A stretch of DNA of 64,000 nt from an uncultured delta proteobacterium (GCA_963816145.1 CAWFJP010000003.1:640001-704000); one strand, 5' to 3'; counted from the stretch's first letter, positions 9,598-19,721 are shown. The notes: a model not told the origin generated them from the letters alone. Numbers and translations are program-made.

Positions 9598-10380
9598 ATG
9601 AACGAAGATCGGCTCGATCTCACGCCCATGCTACTCCGGCTCGGTTCTGTGTTCGTGGGTCTGCTTGGTTGGCATTACGCCGCCGAGGTCCTGATCAAGG
9701 ACAGCAGCATCCTGGTCTCACCGCTCGTGGTTTTGAGTAAAGCGTACGAAATGATGATCGCCACCGGCGAGCTTTATCCGCATCTGTTCGCCAGCTCGGT
9801 GATTTTTGTCTATGGATTTGTCCTGGCCATTCTCGTCGGCGTGCCGCTGGGCTTTTTGATGGCCCTGAGTCCGCTAGTGCGCGATTACGTCAATCCCTGG
9901 ATGACGACACTTTACACCGCGCCGCGCATCGCCTTCGCGCCCGTGTTGCTGTTGTGGTTTGGCATCGGTGCAGGATCGAAGGTCGCCATCGTTTTCTTGG
10001 GCTGCGTCTTTCCCGTGCTGATCAATTCTTACTACGGCATGCGCGTGGTCAACCGCGAGTATGTCGAGTTGGCGCGCTCCTATCGCCTGGACCGCTGGGC
10101 GTTGTTTAGAAAAATCCTCCTGCCCGCCTCCGTGCCATACATTCTCGCCGGCGTGCGATTGGCCATCGGCCGCGGCCTAACCGGCGTCGCAATCGCCGAG
10201 TGGTTCGGCGCTACCGAAGGACTGGGCTACTTGATCTTTTTCGCGGGGCAGACCTTAAACATACCTGTGCTGTTTGTCGGCGTCGCTGTGTTTGCTGTGT
10301 TAGGAGTTCTCGGGTTTGAAATCGTCCGGCGCGTCGAGGTTTACACCACGCCATGGCGCGGGCAAGCGCAAGGGGGATGA
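9598..10380 (+). CDS. NitT/TauT ABC transporter permease
   Basis: LWFGIG, ELARSY and AEWFGATEGLG motifs. Confidence 0.92.
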   Translation: MNEDRLDLTPMLLRLGSVFVGLLGWHYAAEVLIKDSSILVSPLVVLSKAYEMMIATGELYPHLFASSVIFVYGFVLAILVGVPLGFLMALSPLVRDYVNPWMTTLYTAPRIAFAPVLLLWFGIGAGSKVAIVFLGCVFPVLINSYYGMRVVNREYVELARSYRLDRWALFRKILLPASVPYILAGVRLAIGRGLTGVAIAEWFGATEGLGYLIFFAGQTLNIPVLFVGVAVFAVLGVLGFEIVRRVEVYTTPWRGQAQGG

Positions 10381-11192
10381 CGATGGCCAGGCCGGTGCTA
10401 GAGCTACGCAATTTAAAAAAGGAAATTTCCCGACCCGGAAAAGAACCCTTCGAGATCTTCAACAACATCAATTTATCCGTGCGCGAAGGCGAGTTCGTCA
10501 GCATCGTCGGACCCAGCGGCTGCGGCAAGACCACCATGCTGCGGGTCATCAATGGACTGATGCCACATTCCGGCGGCGAGATCTTACTTGACGGCAAAGC
10601 TGCTGACGAAGTGCGCGACCAGCTGCTCATGGGCTTTGTCTTTCAAGGCGCGTCGCTCCTCCCCTGGCGCACCAGTCTAAAAAACGTCCTGCTCGGCCTC
10701 GAAGGGCGCGATCAGAATGGCCACAACAGCAGAGACGCCGAGCAGATCGCCAAGAAGTTTCTCGACCTGGTCGGCTTGAACGGTTTTGAAAATCATTACC
10801 CTCATGAACTCTCTGGCGGCATGCAGCAGCGCGTCAATCTCGCCCGTGCCCTGGCGGTCAATCCACGCATCCTGCTGATGGACGAGCCCTTCGCCGCCCT
10901 CGACGCTCAGACCCGCAACTTCATGCAGCTGGAACTGCTGCGCATCTGGCGCGAAACCCAAAAAACCGTCATTTTTGTGACGCACATGATCGCCGAGGCA
11001 GTCCTGCTATCGGACCGGGTGATCGTTTTTACCCACCGGCCCGGCATGATTCGCTCTGAATTTAGCATCCCGCTGCCTCGTCCAAGGGATATGGACATCA
11101 AATCCGATCCCCAGTTCCTTGAATTGGAAAATCAAATCTGGAAACAAATCGAGCAGGAAGTTAAAGCCGCCGGAGGCTTTGCCCAGTTGTGA
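10377..11192 (+). CDS. NitT/TauT ABC transporter ATP-binding protein
   Basis: Walker A GPSGCGKT, signature LSGGMQQR, Walker B LLMDEPF. Confidence 0.95.
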   Translation: MTMARPVLELRNLKKEISRPGKEPFEIFNNINLSVREGEFVSIVGPSGCGKTTMLRVINGLMPHSGGEILLDGKAADEVRDQLLMGFVFQGASLLPWRTSLKNVLLGLEGRDQNGHNSRDAEQIAKKFLDLVGLNGFENHYPHELSGGMQQRVNLARALAVNPRILLMDEPFAALDAQTRNFMQLELLRIWRETQKTVIFVTHMIAEAVLLSDRVIVFTHRPGMIRSEFSIPLPRPRDMDIKSDPQFLELENQIWKQIEQEVKAAGGFAQL

Positions 11193-11260
11193 ACCGTCCC
11201 GCCGGGGCCTTGAATTAAATAAACTTGAGTTTAAAAACTATTCGTTCGACGAGGAAAATT

Positions 11261-12274
11261 ATGCTTCACTTTAAAATCTTAACCACCTATTTTCTGACTC
11301 TTGCCTACTGCCTGTTAACCATCGCCGATTCTCGGGCTAGCGACGCCAAGCTCACCAAGATGCGCTTCGTGCAAAGCGGCGCCACGTCGTCGAGCTGGCC
11401 GCTCTACGTCGCGGAACAGAAAAAGATTTTTGAAAAAAATGGCTTGGACATGGAAGTCATCGTTATCCGCGGTTCGACCAATCTGGTCCGCGCGGTGATC
11501 AGCAACAGCGTTCCGATGGGCCGGATCAATCCTGATTACGTCATCGGCGGTATCGAAAAAGGCGCCAAATTGAAAATTGTCAGCGGCATCCAGGACAAAA
11601 TCGCCTATGATTTCATGGCGCGGCCGGAAATCAAAACCGGCACCGATCTGAAAGGCAAAACCATTGGTGTCAGCACGCTAACCGGCGGGACAACGCTCAT
11701 GATCGAGGAAGTCTTGGAAAAAGCCTACAAACTTAAAGAAGGCGAATATAAGTATCTGGTGGTCGGCACATCGCCGGAACGCTATGCGGCTTTGAAAGGC
11801 GGCTCGGTGCAGGCGACGTTTATGGGCGCGCCGTTTAATTTCCGCGCCGCCAAAGAGGGCTTTAACAAGCTCATTACGTTTCACGAAGTGCTCGGGCCGA
11901 TCCAGTTTACCGTCGACTTCGCGCACCAGGATTATGTCAAAATCCACCGCGACGAAATTGTCCGCTATCTAAAATCAACCATCGAAGCGACCGACTGGCT
12001 TTATGATCGAAAAAACAAAGAAGAAGCGCTCGCCATTCATATGAAAGCGTTGAAGACCACCCGCGACGCCGCGGAACAGGATTACAAGTTCATGGTCGAA
12101 GACTTCAAGCCCTTCACTCGTGGCGGCGCCATAGTCAAAACCGCCTGGGACAAGACCATGGAACTGCGCGCCAAAGAAGGCCATTACAAAGGCAAGAAAG
12201 TGCCGGCAATGACCGACTACGTCGACCCGTCGCTGATCGAAGAGGCGCAAAAGCTCGCGGGATTCAAACCTTAG
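11261..12274 (+). CDS. ABC substrate-binding protein (SsuA/THI5/NMT1-like)
   Basis: Signal peptide; YVAEQKKIFEKNGL and DLKGKTIGV motifs. Confidence 0.88.
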   Translation: MLHFKILTTYFLTLAYCLLTIADSRASDAKLTKMRFVQSGATSSSWPLYVAEQKKIFEKNGLDMEVIVIRGSTNLVRAVISNSVPMGRINPDYVIGGIEKGAKLKIVSGIQDKIAYDFMARPEIKTGTDLKGKTIGVSTLTGGTTLMIEEVLEKAYKLKEGEYKYLVVGTSPERYAALKGGSVQATFMGAPFNFRAAKEGFNKLITFHEVLGPIQFTVDFAHQDYVKIHRDEIVRYLKSTIEATDWLYDRKNKEEALAIHMKALKTTRDAAEQDYKFMVEDFKPFTRGGAIVKTAWDKTMELRAKEGHYKGKKVPAMTDYVDPSLIEEAQKLAGFKP

Positions 12275-12351
12275 ATAGAAATTGAGAACGGCGAAATGGA
12301 TAATTGATAATTGAAAAAGTTCGGAGAAAGGAATTGGAACTATCATCTCAT

Positions 12352-13359
12352 ATGAAACCCACTTTACGATTGATCTCTGTCGCTGCATTATTAGCTAGTA
12401 GCATCGCGGCAACTGTCGCCGCGCAGACCCAGCCGCTCAAAAAAATCCGTATCGGCTATCCGTCGTTGAGCTTCCGTCAGAGCAACGTCTGGGTCGCGAA
12501 GGAAATGGGCCTGTTCAACAAGTACGGCTTGGAAGTCGAGCCGATTTTTCTACGCGGCGGCCAGATGGCGACCCAAGCGCTGGTGGCCGGCGATCCGCCG
12601 ATCGTCAATATCGGCACGGTCGTGCAGGCGAGCTTGCAGGGCTACAACCTCGTGCTGATCGCCGCCGTGGAAACAAAATATGATCAAATTGTTTTCGCTC
12701 GCAAAGGGATCAACAAACTCGAAGAACTCAAAGGCAAAAAATTCGGCATTAGCGGCTACGGCTCCGCCACGCATAACGCCGCCAATATCCTGTTCCAGCA
12801 CCTCAACCTGGAGATAAACAAGGACATCGCGCTGGTTCCCACTGGACCGGACGCGGAACGCTTGGGCGCCATGTTAGCGGGACGGATCGATGCGACATTC
12901 TTCACCTCTTCAGCGGCAGCGCCGGCACGCAAGAATGGCTTCAACGAGCTATTCTCTGTTGCCGATTTGGGGGTTGAAGTACAAGGCAACGGATTTGCCA
13001 CGTCGCGCAGTTATATTGCAAGTAACCGTGACACCGTGAAAAACGCGCTCAAGGGGTTCGTCGAAGCGATCTATTTTGTCTACGCCAATAAAAAAGAGGC
13101 GCAAAAGGTCTTCTCCAAGTACATGCGCACCAACGATCCAGAGATGCTCGAGGATTCTTACAACGGTTACATCAAATGGATTCCGAAGAAGCCTTACCCG
13201 ACCCTGAAGGGCATCCAATACATGCTCGACCTGGTCGCGCCGCAACTACCGCAGGCTAAGAACGCCAAGCCCGAGCAGTTCGTCGACCTAAGCTTTTTAC
13301 AAGAACTCGAAAAGGAAGGCTTTTTCAATGAGATGGCGAAACGCTACCCAAGCAAATAA
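12352..13359 (+). CDS. ABC substrate-binding protein (SsuA/THI5-like)
   Basis: Signal peptide; WVAKEMGLFNKYGL, ELKGKKFG and KPEQFVDLSFL motifs. Confidence 0.9.
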   Translation: MKPTLRLISVAALLASSIAATVAAQTQPLKKIRIGYPSLSFRQSNVWVAKEMGLFNKYGLEVEPIFLRGGQMATQALVAGDPPIVNIGTVVQASLQGYNLVLIAAVETKYDQIVFARKGINKLEELKGKKFGISGYGSATHNAANILFQHLNLEINKDIALVPTGPDAERLGAMLAGRIDATFFTSSAAAPARKNGFNELFSVADLGVEVQGNGFATSRSYIASNRDTVKNALKGFVEAIYFVYANKKEAQKVFSKYMRTNDPEMLEDSYNGYIKWIPKKPYPTLKGIQYMLDLVAPQLPQAKNAKPEQFVDLSFLQELEKEGFFNEMAKRYPSK

Positions 13360-13361
13360 GG

Positions 13362-13449
13362 GGAATGGAATGATGCAGAACTGGAGTCACGGAGTGTTGG
13401 GTATTTTCCACGGCCCATCACTCCACCACTCCATGACTCCATCACTCCG
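13362..13449. repeat. Inverted octamer-type micro-repeat (GGAGTRAT-like / ATCACTCC)
   Basis: ggaatggaatgatg..ggagtcacggagtgttggg ... ccatcactccaccactccatgactccatcactcc; same family at 14458-14485 and 23498-23572. Confidence 0.75.
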
Positions 13450-14443
13450 ATGCGCGCGCACGCGAGCTCTACTTAGCATCGCCGCGTGTCTATTCATCAC
13501 TGGCGCCGCTCAAGGTCAACAGCTCAAGCGCATCAAGATCGGCTACCCATCCCTTAGCTTCCGCCAGAGCAACGTCTGGGTCGCGCGCGAGATGGGTTTA
13601 TTCGCCAAGTACGGTCTAGAAGTCGAGCCGATCTTGTTTCGCGGCGGCCAGGTGGCCACCCAGGCGCTGGTCAGCGGCGATCCGCCGATCGTCAATATCG
13701 GCACCGTCGTCCAAGCGACGATCCAGGGCCACAATCTTGTGCTCACCGCCGCGGTCGAGACGAAATACGATCTGATCGTATTTTCCCGTCCGGGCATCAC
13801 CCAGTTGGAACAACTCAAAGGCAAAAAGATCGGCATCACCGGTTTCAACTCGGCAACCCATTACGGTTCGATCATCCTCGCCCGCCACCTTGGCGTCGAC
13901 CTTAAAGAATTCACACTGATACCCGCCGGCCTCGACACCGAGCGCATCGCCTCGGTGCAGTCGGGCGTGATCGACGCGACCTACCTGTCCTCGTCGGCGG
14001 CACCGCTGGGACGCCGCGCCGGCTTGGTCGAACATGTTTCCATCGGCGACCTCGGCGTCGAGGTTCAAGGCAACGGTTTCGCAACGTCGCGCGCCTATAT
14101 CGCCAGCAATCGAGAAACGGTGAGAAGCGCGCTGCGCGGCTTCGTCGAGGCGATTTATTTCGTTTACGGCAACAAAGCCGCGGCGCAAAAGGTTTTTGCC
14201 AAGTACATGCGCACGAATGATTCCGCGGTGCTTGAGGATTCGTATAATGGCTATATCAAGTCGATCCCGAAGAAACCTTATCCGACCCTGAAGGGCATTC
14301 AATTCATGCTCGACGTCCTGGCGCCGACTCTGCCCAACGCCAAAAACTTCAAGCCCGAACAGTTCGTCGATTTGAGCTTCCTGCAAGAAATGGAAAAGGA
14401 TGGTTTCTTCAGCGAAATGGCCAAGCGCTATCCCGTGAAGTAG
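13370..14443 (+). CDS. ABC substrate-binding protein, tandem paralog of 12352..13359 (start may be 13433)
   Basis: Long near-identical blocks (IGYPSLSFRQSNVWVA, GDPPIVNIGTVVQA, PKKPYPTLKGIQ); the N-terminus runs through a repeat element. Confidence 0.88.
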   Translation: MMQNWSHGVLGIFHGPSLHHSMTPSLRCARTRALLSIAACLFITGAAQGQQLKRIKIGYPSLSFRQSNVWVAREMGLFAKYGLEVEPILFRGGQVATQALVSGDPPIVNIGTVVQATIQGHNLVLTAAVETKYDLIVFSRPGITQLEQLKGKKIGITGFNSATHYGSIILARHLGVDLKEFTLIPAGLDTERIASVQSGVIDATYLSSSAAPLGRRAGLVEHVSIGDLGVEVQGNGFATSRAYIASNRETVRSALRGFVEAIYFVYGNKAAAQKVFAKYMRTNDSAVLEDSYNGYIKSIPKKPYPTLKGIQFMLDVLAPTLPNAKNFKPEQFVDLSFLQEMEKDGFFSEMAKRYPVK

Positions 14444-14537
14444 ACAAGAACGGGGGAATTGGAGTAATGCAGTGGTGCAGTAATGAGGCCGAATAAAACC
14501 TAACATCCCAATTTAGATTCTTTGACTGGAGGTTTCC

Positions 14538-14927
14538 ATGCCACGTAAAGTGATTCAACCAAGAACGTTGAACGATCCACGTCCGCGCTATAGCCAGGGA
14601 ATTCTCAATAGCGGCGGAAAGCTGCTCTTCGTCGCCGGCCAAACCGCTTCCGACAAAGACGGTAATGTCGTCGGCAAAGGCGATATCGAAGCGCAAACTC
14701 GGCAAGTCTTCGACAATCTGCGCGCTGTGTTGAAGGCGGCCGGTGGCACACTCGACAATCTCGTCATGACCACCACCTACATTACCGGTAGGGAATACCG
14801 CGACGGTTACAACCGGGTGCGCGCCACTCAGTACAAAAAGACTCCGCCGACGAGCACGTTGGTGATCGTCAGCGGCCTTGCCAATCCGGATTATATGATC
14901 GAAATCGCCGGCATCGCCGTGATCTAG
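14538..14927 (+). CDS. RidA/YjgF/UK114 family protein
   Basis: YSQG, LFVAGQ, PTSTLV and IEIAGIA motifs. Confidence 0.92.
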   Translation: MPRKVIQPRTLNDPRPRYSQGILNSGGKLLFVAGQTASDKDGNVVGKGDIEAQTRQVFDNLRAVLKAAGGTLDNLVMTTTYITGREYRDGYNRVRATQYKKTPPTSTLVIVSGLANPDYMIEIAGIAVI

Positions 14928-14941
14928 CCAAAAAGTCGAGT

Positions 14942-15016
14942 TCGTGATCGTCGCTCGTGCTCGTAACTGACACGAAACACGGGCCGCCCCTCCGCGAACA
15001 CGAACCACGAGCACGA
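14942..15016. repeat. Inverted hexamer micro-repeat (TCGTGC-like / GCACGA-like)
   Basis: tcgtgatcgtcgctcgtgctcgt ... cgaacacgaaccacgagcacga. Confidence 0.7.
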
Positions 15017-15020
15017 AAAC

Positions 15021-15998
15021 GTGAAAGTCACCGTTCTCGACGACTACCAGCACGCCATCTCGCCGACACAAGCCATCGCTCGGCTGCGCCAGACTGCCGA
15101 AGTGCAGATTCTCCATGAGAAGCTTGCGAGCGAAGCGGCGGTCGTCGACGCGCTCAAAGATTCCCTCGCGATCATACCGATCCGCGAGCGGACGAAATTC
15201 ACTGCGTCGCTGTTTAAAAATTTGCCGTCGCTGGAATATATCTCCCAGACCGGCAATCACGCCTACCACATCGACATGGAGGCGGCGACCGCTCATGGCG
15301 TCGTTGTTAGTCTCGCTCCTGGCGGCAATAGCACCACGGAGTTGACCTTCGGCTTGATGCTCGATGTCATGCGGCGGATTTCACAGGGGGACCAAGCCAT
15401 GCGCCGCGGTGAGTGGCCCCTAATGTTGGGCTATGTCTTGAAGGGCAAAACCCTTGGCATTTTGGGCCTCGGCAAGATCGGCACCGAAGTCGCCGCCATC
15501 GGCCGCGCCTTCGGCATGAGAGTGATCGCCTGGGGACCGACGTTGACTCAAGAACGCGCCGGCAAATCCGACGCCACCTTCATGCCGCTTGAAGATGTCC
15601 TGCGCAGCGCCGATGTCGTCACCATCCACCTGAAGTTATCCGACGATAGCAAGAACCTCTTGAACGAAGCGCGACTACGCTCGATGAAGCCATCGGCGTA
15701 TCTGGTCAACACAGCGCGCGGCGCCATCGTCGACGAGATTGCGCTGGTGAAAATCCTAAAAGAGAAGGCCATCGCCGGCGCCGCCCTCGATGTTTTCGTC
15801 GAAGAGCCGCTGCCGAAGAATCATCCGATCACCCAACTGGAAAATGTCGTCCTGACGCCCCACTTGGGCTGGCCCACCGATTCCGGCTTTGAAGGCTTCG
15901 CCGAAAATGCCGTGACCAATATCCTCGACTACATGCAAGGCAAGCTTACGCGCGCGCTCAATCCAGAAGCGATGCGTAACCGGGCTAACCGGAACTGA
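15021..15998 (+). CDS. D-2-hydroxyacid dehydrogenase family protein
   Basis: GILGLGKIG, VNTARG, ALDVF.EEP and TPHLG motifs. Confidence 0.92.
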   Translation: MKVTVLDDYQHAISPTQAIARLRQTAEVQILHEKLASEAAVVDALKDSLAIIPIRERTKFTASLFKNLPSLEYISQTGNHAYHIDMEAATAHGVVVSLAPGGNSTTELTFGLMLDVMRRISQGDQAMRRGEWPLMLGYVLKGKTLGILGLGKIGTEVAAIGRAFGMRVIAWGPTLTQERAGKSDATFMPLEDVLRSADVVTIHLKLSDDSKNLLNEARLRSMKPSAYLVNTARGAIVDEIALVKILKEKAIAGAALDVFVEEPLPKNHPITQLENVVLTPHLGWPTDSGFEGFAENAVTNILDYMQGKLTRALNPEAMRNRANRN

Positions 15999-16059
15999 AC
16001 TCCCTTCGGCTTCAAGCGGACCATTTCCAACTTCACGACGGGAACCACGCTCTTCATAC

Positions 16060-16200
16060 CGACATTCCCGCAACGACAGTAATCCAGGTTGTTTGCGGCA
16101 CAATCAACCCTCAAGATGGATGCCGGTTTTCACCGGCATGACGGACGGTGTTGTCATCCTTACGCAAAGGCGGAAAACCTTGGCGAAATCGGAATGACAG
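16060..16200. repeat. Degenerate GTCATT/ATGAC palindromic (RPE/REP-like) element
   Basis: gacattcccgcaacgacagtaatcc ... ggatgccggttttcaccggcatgac; tgtcatcc ... ggaatgaca. Confidence 0.6.
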
Positions 16201-16212
16201 CGCAAGAATCCG

Positions 16213-17496
16213 TCAGGCGCGAAGCTTCCGCGTGTAGAACACCTGATTATCCTGATCGATGAATTCGAGCAGCGCCTCATTGGCGTTGGCTTGTGGGTCT
16301 ACGGTGATCTTCGCGAAGTTGAAGTTCTCGGCGAGGAAGAATTCATAGCGCCGGTTGGCGCTGTTGGTGATCCGGTTGAGCGGTGCCGCCAACGGTCCGG
16401 CAGTAATGTCGAGCACTCCGTTACCCTTGGGAATTTTCGTCACTGCTGCGCAGTGCAGATCGGCACTCATGAATACCACTCCAGGAATTTTCTTTTCGTG
16501 AATGTAGCGCAAGATCTCAGCCCGCTCCTTGGGATATCCGTCCCAGCGATCCTTGCCGCCACCGGCCATAGGCACCGTGGTCGCGACGAATTTAAATGTC
16601 GCGCTCGAGTTGACTAGACGATCGAAGAACCACTCTTTCTGCCCGCGCCCCAACATGCTGCTGCGATCGAGCGCACGGTACTGGCGCGTGTCGAGAATAA
16701 TCAAATCCACCGCCCGGCCCCAGCGCGCCGCGCGATAAATCTGTTCGGATTCTGGCACCGGCCGGCGCACCGGCCAGTAGTCAAGGAACGCCTTTCTGCC
16801 GATGGGCGCCAACGGATTGCCGGGCAGATAATCATCCTCGACTTCGTGATCGTCCCACATCACATAGACGCTGGTCTCAGCGAAGCAACTTTGTAATGCA
16901 ACATCATCGCGATTGATGCGGTATTTGTCCCAAAACTCGGGCAAAGTATGCGCTGAACCGTTGCGATCGGCGTAGATGGTATCTCCCAGGTGGAGAAAGA
17001 AGTCCGGTCGCTGTGCGCGCACGGCATTCATGACGGTAAACGGCTTGTAGCTCTGGCGTGTGTCGCCGCTGAAGCAGAACGTTACCTTCGAGTTATCGTC
17101 CGACCGCGGCGCCGTGACAAAGCTTCCCAGCGGACCCGGCGTCCTCCCCTCGACAATCGCCCGGTAATAATAGCGTGTACTCGCTCGTAGGCCACCGATG
17201 GAAAAAATCGCACTGAAATCCGCGCTCGTATCAGCTGCGAGGACTGAACTAGTTTGAAATTGCGCCAGACTCGGATCTGTTCCGTAGCGCAACGCCGCTT
17301 TGCTACCTGCTTCTGCCCGGAGCCATACCAGCGCGCTGTCCGTGGTGACGTCGCCGCTGACATAGCCCAGCGACAATCCGGTGCTGGGATCGGGATTGAA
17401 AACTTGCGGGCGGCAACTTGCAACGCCCCAAAGGCTAGGTAGCGCGAGCCCCGCACCACCCATGAATTTCAGAAACTTTCGCCGGTCCATTCTCAC
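16213..17496 (-). CDS. phoD: Alkaline phosphatase D family, Tat-exported probable lipoprotein
   Basis: Tat motif DRRKFLK, lipobox VAS-C, LHLGDTIYAD, WDDHE, LDTRQYR, DRWDGY and SADLH motifs. Confidence 0.88.
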   Translation of the reverse strand: MRMDRRKFLKFMGGAGLALPSLWGVASCRPQVFNPDPSTGLSLGYVSGDVTTDSALVWLRAEAGSKAALRYGTDPSLAQFQTSSVLAADTSADFSAIFSIGGLRASTRYYYRAIVEGRTPGPLGSFVTAPRSDDNSKVTFCFSGDTRQSYKPFTVMNAVRAQRPDFFLHLGDTIYADRNGSAHTLPEFWDKYRINRDDVALQSCFAETSVYVMWDDHEVEDDYLPGNPLAPIGRKAFLDYWPVRRPVPESEQIYRAARWGRAVDLIILDTRQYRALDRSSMLGRGQKEWFFDRLVNSSATFKFVATTVPMAGGGKDRWDGYPKERAEILRYIHEKKIPGVVFMSADLHCAAVTKIPKGNGVLDITAGPLAAPLNRITNSANRRYEFFLAENFNFAKITVDPQANANEALLEFIDQDNQVFYTRKLRA

Positions 17497-17997
17497 TTAG
17501 ACGTTCAATTTGTTCCAAATCATTTCGCACAGCCAACCGGCGAGAAACGGAAAGACAAAACTCACAGCGACGCGAATCGCCACCACTTTCGCACCCAGAA
17601 ACGGAATCTCCCACATGATAATTCGCTGCAGGCCAAAAAGCGACCAAGCCGACAGATACGCGACCAGGGGCCCGACGCCGACTCCCACCTTGTAGAGCGA
17701 AGCGATCACCGGGAAGTGGGTCATCGGACCGCCCGGCGTGACACTACCCAAGGTCATGCCGATCATCAAACCGCGATACCCCGACCCTTGCCCCATCCAA
17801 CGCACGATGGTCTCCTGTGGCACGATCGCCTGTACCAGGCCAGCCAGCGTGAACGCCGCCACCATGCGCGGCGCGATCTCGACGATCAAAGAAAGTCCCG
17901 CACCGACCCCTGCCTCGGCGGCCTTGGGCGACTTTAGATACACGGCGATCACCGCGATTACCGCCGCGGCGATCATCAAGAGCGACGATGTGTCCAT
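17497..17997 (-). CDS. Permease, DUF318/ArsP-like single-domain membrane protein
   Basis: GSVTPGGPMTHFP and VAYLSAWS motifs; hydrophobic. Confidence 0.75.
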   Translation of the reverse strand: MDTSSLLMIAAAVIAVIAVYLKSPKAAEAGVGAGLSLIVEIAPRMVAAFTLAGLVQAIVPQETIVRWMGQGSGYRGLMIGMTLGSVTPGGPMTHFPVIASLYKVGVGVGPLVAYLSAWSLFGLQRIIMWEIPFLGAKVVAIRVAVSFVFPFLAGWLCEMIWNKLNV

Positions 17998-18142
17998 CGA
18001 TTTCCTTAATGCAGCGTGGAATTTTTCTTTTGACAGGACGGCCATTTGCACCAACGAGTGAAGCGCCAGTTCAAGACTGTAGAGAGCTGCGCGAGTTTTT
18101 TCAAGTGAACCACTCTCGGCACCGGTGAAGCTTGCGTTGGGC

Positions 18143-18210
18143 GAGATTCCGATCTTCGTTAGGGATGACGGTGCCGCAAGTCTGTCATTTCGAGCGGAGC
18201 GAGAAATCTT
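18143..18210. repeat. TGTCATTTCGAGCG-type palindromic repeat
   Basis: tgtcatttcgagcggagcgagaaatct, near-identical to the copy at 49108. Confidence 0.75.
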
Positions 18211-18268
18211 CCCCATTTCCAGCGCCCAAGCCAAAAACAACCGACTTGCTACGATCGGCGCCGTCAGA

Positions 18269-18297
18269 TTGACTTAAACAGTCGCCTTCGCTAGTTA
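18269..18297 (+). promoter_or_regulatory. Putative sigma70 promoter of the M20 gene
   Basis: TTGACT-17 bp-TAGTTA, followed by a GGAGG ribosome-binding site. Confidence 0.45.
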
Positions 18298-18323
18298 AAA
18301 ACGATTACTTTTGGAGGAACCAC

Positions 18324-19607
18324 ATGGCCCTCGATCCCGCAGCAGCGCAAGCGATATTAGCACTAATCGACCGCAAAGAACTCGCCCAACTGGGCGCAGA
18401 TCTCACCAGCATTCCGAGCCCGACGGGACAGGAAAAGGCGATCGGTGAATTTATCTTGCATTGGTTCGAAGCCAACGGCCTGCGCGCGGTACGTCAGGAC
18501 GTCGAATACGACCGTCCCAACGCCGTCGGTATCGTCAAAGGCGACGGCAGCGGTCTGAGCCTGGGATTCAACGGCCACACCGATACCAGCTTCACTGGGA
18601 CCGAAGAAGATCGCCGCATGGTCGCGGTCATGGAGCCGCAGTCGGAACTCACCGGCAGAATCGTCGGCAACAAAGTGCAAGGCTTGGGGATCTCGAACAT
18701 GAAAGGTGGCGTCGCCGCCTTCATGATTGCCGGCAAGGCGCTTCACAAGAGCGGCGTAAAACTGAAAGGCGATGTCATCTTGGCCGCCGTCGTCGGCGAG
18801 ATCTCGCGCACGCCCATCGGTGCCTGGCAAACCAAGGAATACCGCGGCGAAGGCGCCGGCACGCGTCACCTGCTCACCCACGGCATGCACTCCGACTACG
18901 CGGTGTGCTGCGACGGCTCAGACATGAACATCGTCTGGACCCAAAACGGCGTGGTTCAAGTAAAAATTCAGACCACCGGCAAAGCCGAAGCCGCCTGGGG
19001 TACCAACCGGGAAACCCACCCGATGATCAAGATGAATGCGATCGTGAAAATGACGAAAATCATCGACGCCATCGAAAAATGGGGCGCCGAGTTCGAAGCC
19101 AAATATGTCTATCAATCCCCCACCGGACCGCTCTATCCCAAGGTGAACATCGGCGGTATCGAAGGCGGCGCGCCCTACCGCCCGAACTATTTTCCCGGCG
19201 TCTGCACCATCTACGTCGACATCCGCATGCCGCCGCAAGTGCGTCCGGTGCAGATCCAGTATGAATTGGAAAATACCCTAAACGCCACCGGCTTCGATTA
19301 CCAGCTAGATATTTATAAATCGCTACTTGGCCACGAAGGCAAACAGGTCGAACCGCTGGTCCAATCCGCCGAGGAGGTCTACCAACACCTGTTCAATCAA
19401 AAAATCAAACACGAAGCCGCCGACCGCGCCAGCATCTGGACCGACACGAACGTTTATAACGAATTGGGGATACCGGCGATCAAGATTGGCCCACGCGGCC
19501 GGCGCATCGGTCCGCGCAACGAAGAAATCGACATCGGCGTGATGGTCAACGCAGCGCAAGTCTACGCGCTGATGGCGTTGGATATCTGCACGCGGGCGAG
19601 AAACTAA
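18324..19607 (+). CDS. M20/ArgE-DapE-like peptidase family protein with degenerate metal ligands
   Basis: GFNGHTDT, GISNMKGG, VVGEI and VNIGGIEGG motifs. Confidence 0.85.
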   Translation: MALDPAAAQAILALIDRKELAQLGADLTSIPSPTGQEKAIGEFILHWFEANGLRAVRQDVEYDRPNAVGIVKGDGSGLSLGFNGHTDTSFTGTEEDRRMVAVMEPQSELTGRIVGNKVQGLGISNMKGGVAAFMIAGKALHKSGVKLKGDVILAAVVGEISRTPIGAWQTKEYRGEGAGTRHLLTHGMHSDYAVCCDGSDMNIVWTQNGVVQVKIQTTGKAEAAWGTNRETHPMIKMNAIVKMTKIIDAIEKWGAEFEAKYVYQSPTGPLYPKVNIGGIEGGAPYRPNYFPGVCTIYVDIRMPPQVRPVQIQYELENTLNATGFDYQLDIYKSLLGHEGKQVEPLVQSAEEVYQHLFNQKIKHEAADRASIWTDTNVYNELGIPAIKIGPRGRRIGPRNEEIDIGVMVNAAQVYALMALDICTRARN

Positions 19608-19629
19608 GGTTGATGGCTATGGCAAGCTG

Positions 19630-19654
19630 GGGTGCGTCGAGAACGCGCACCCCG
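19630..19654. repeat. REP-like hairpin or terminator between convergent genes
   Basis: gggtgcgtcgagaacgcgcaccc. Confidence 0.45.
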
Positions 19655-19721
19655 GCCCTGGACAGCAACACTGCTCAATTCACTTAATCGTAGTCGTTTT
19701 CGTCATCATCTCGGTCCGATA

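Noticed and set aside
17998-18240. N-terminal extension of the DUF318 permease in the ORF track
   Set aside because: It reads through a palindromic repeat; ATG 17997 with an AAGGA RBS is more plausible. The extensions at 46334-46651 and 27862-27996 were dropped for the same reason.
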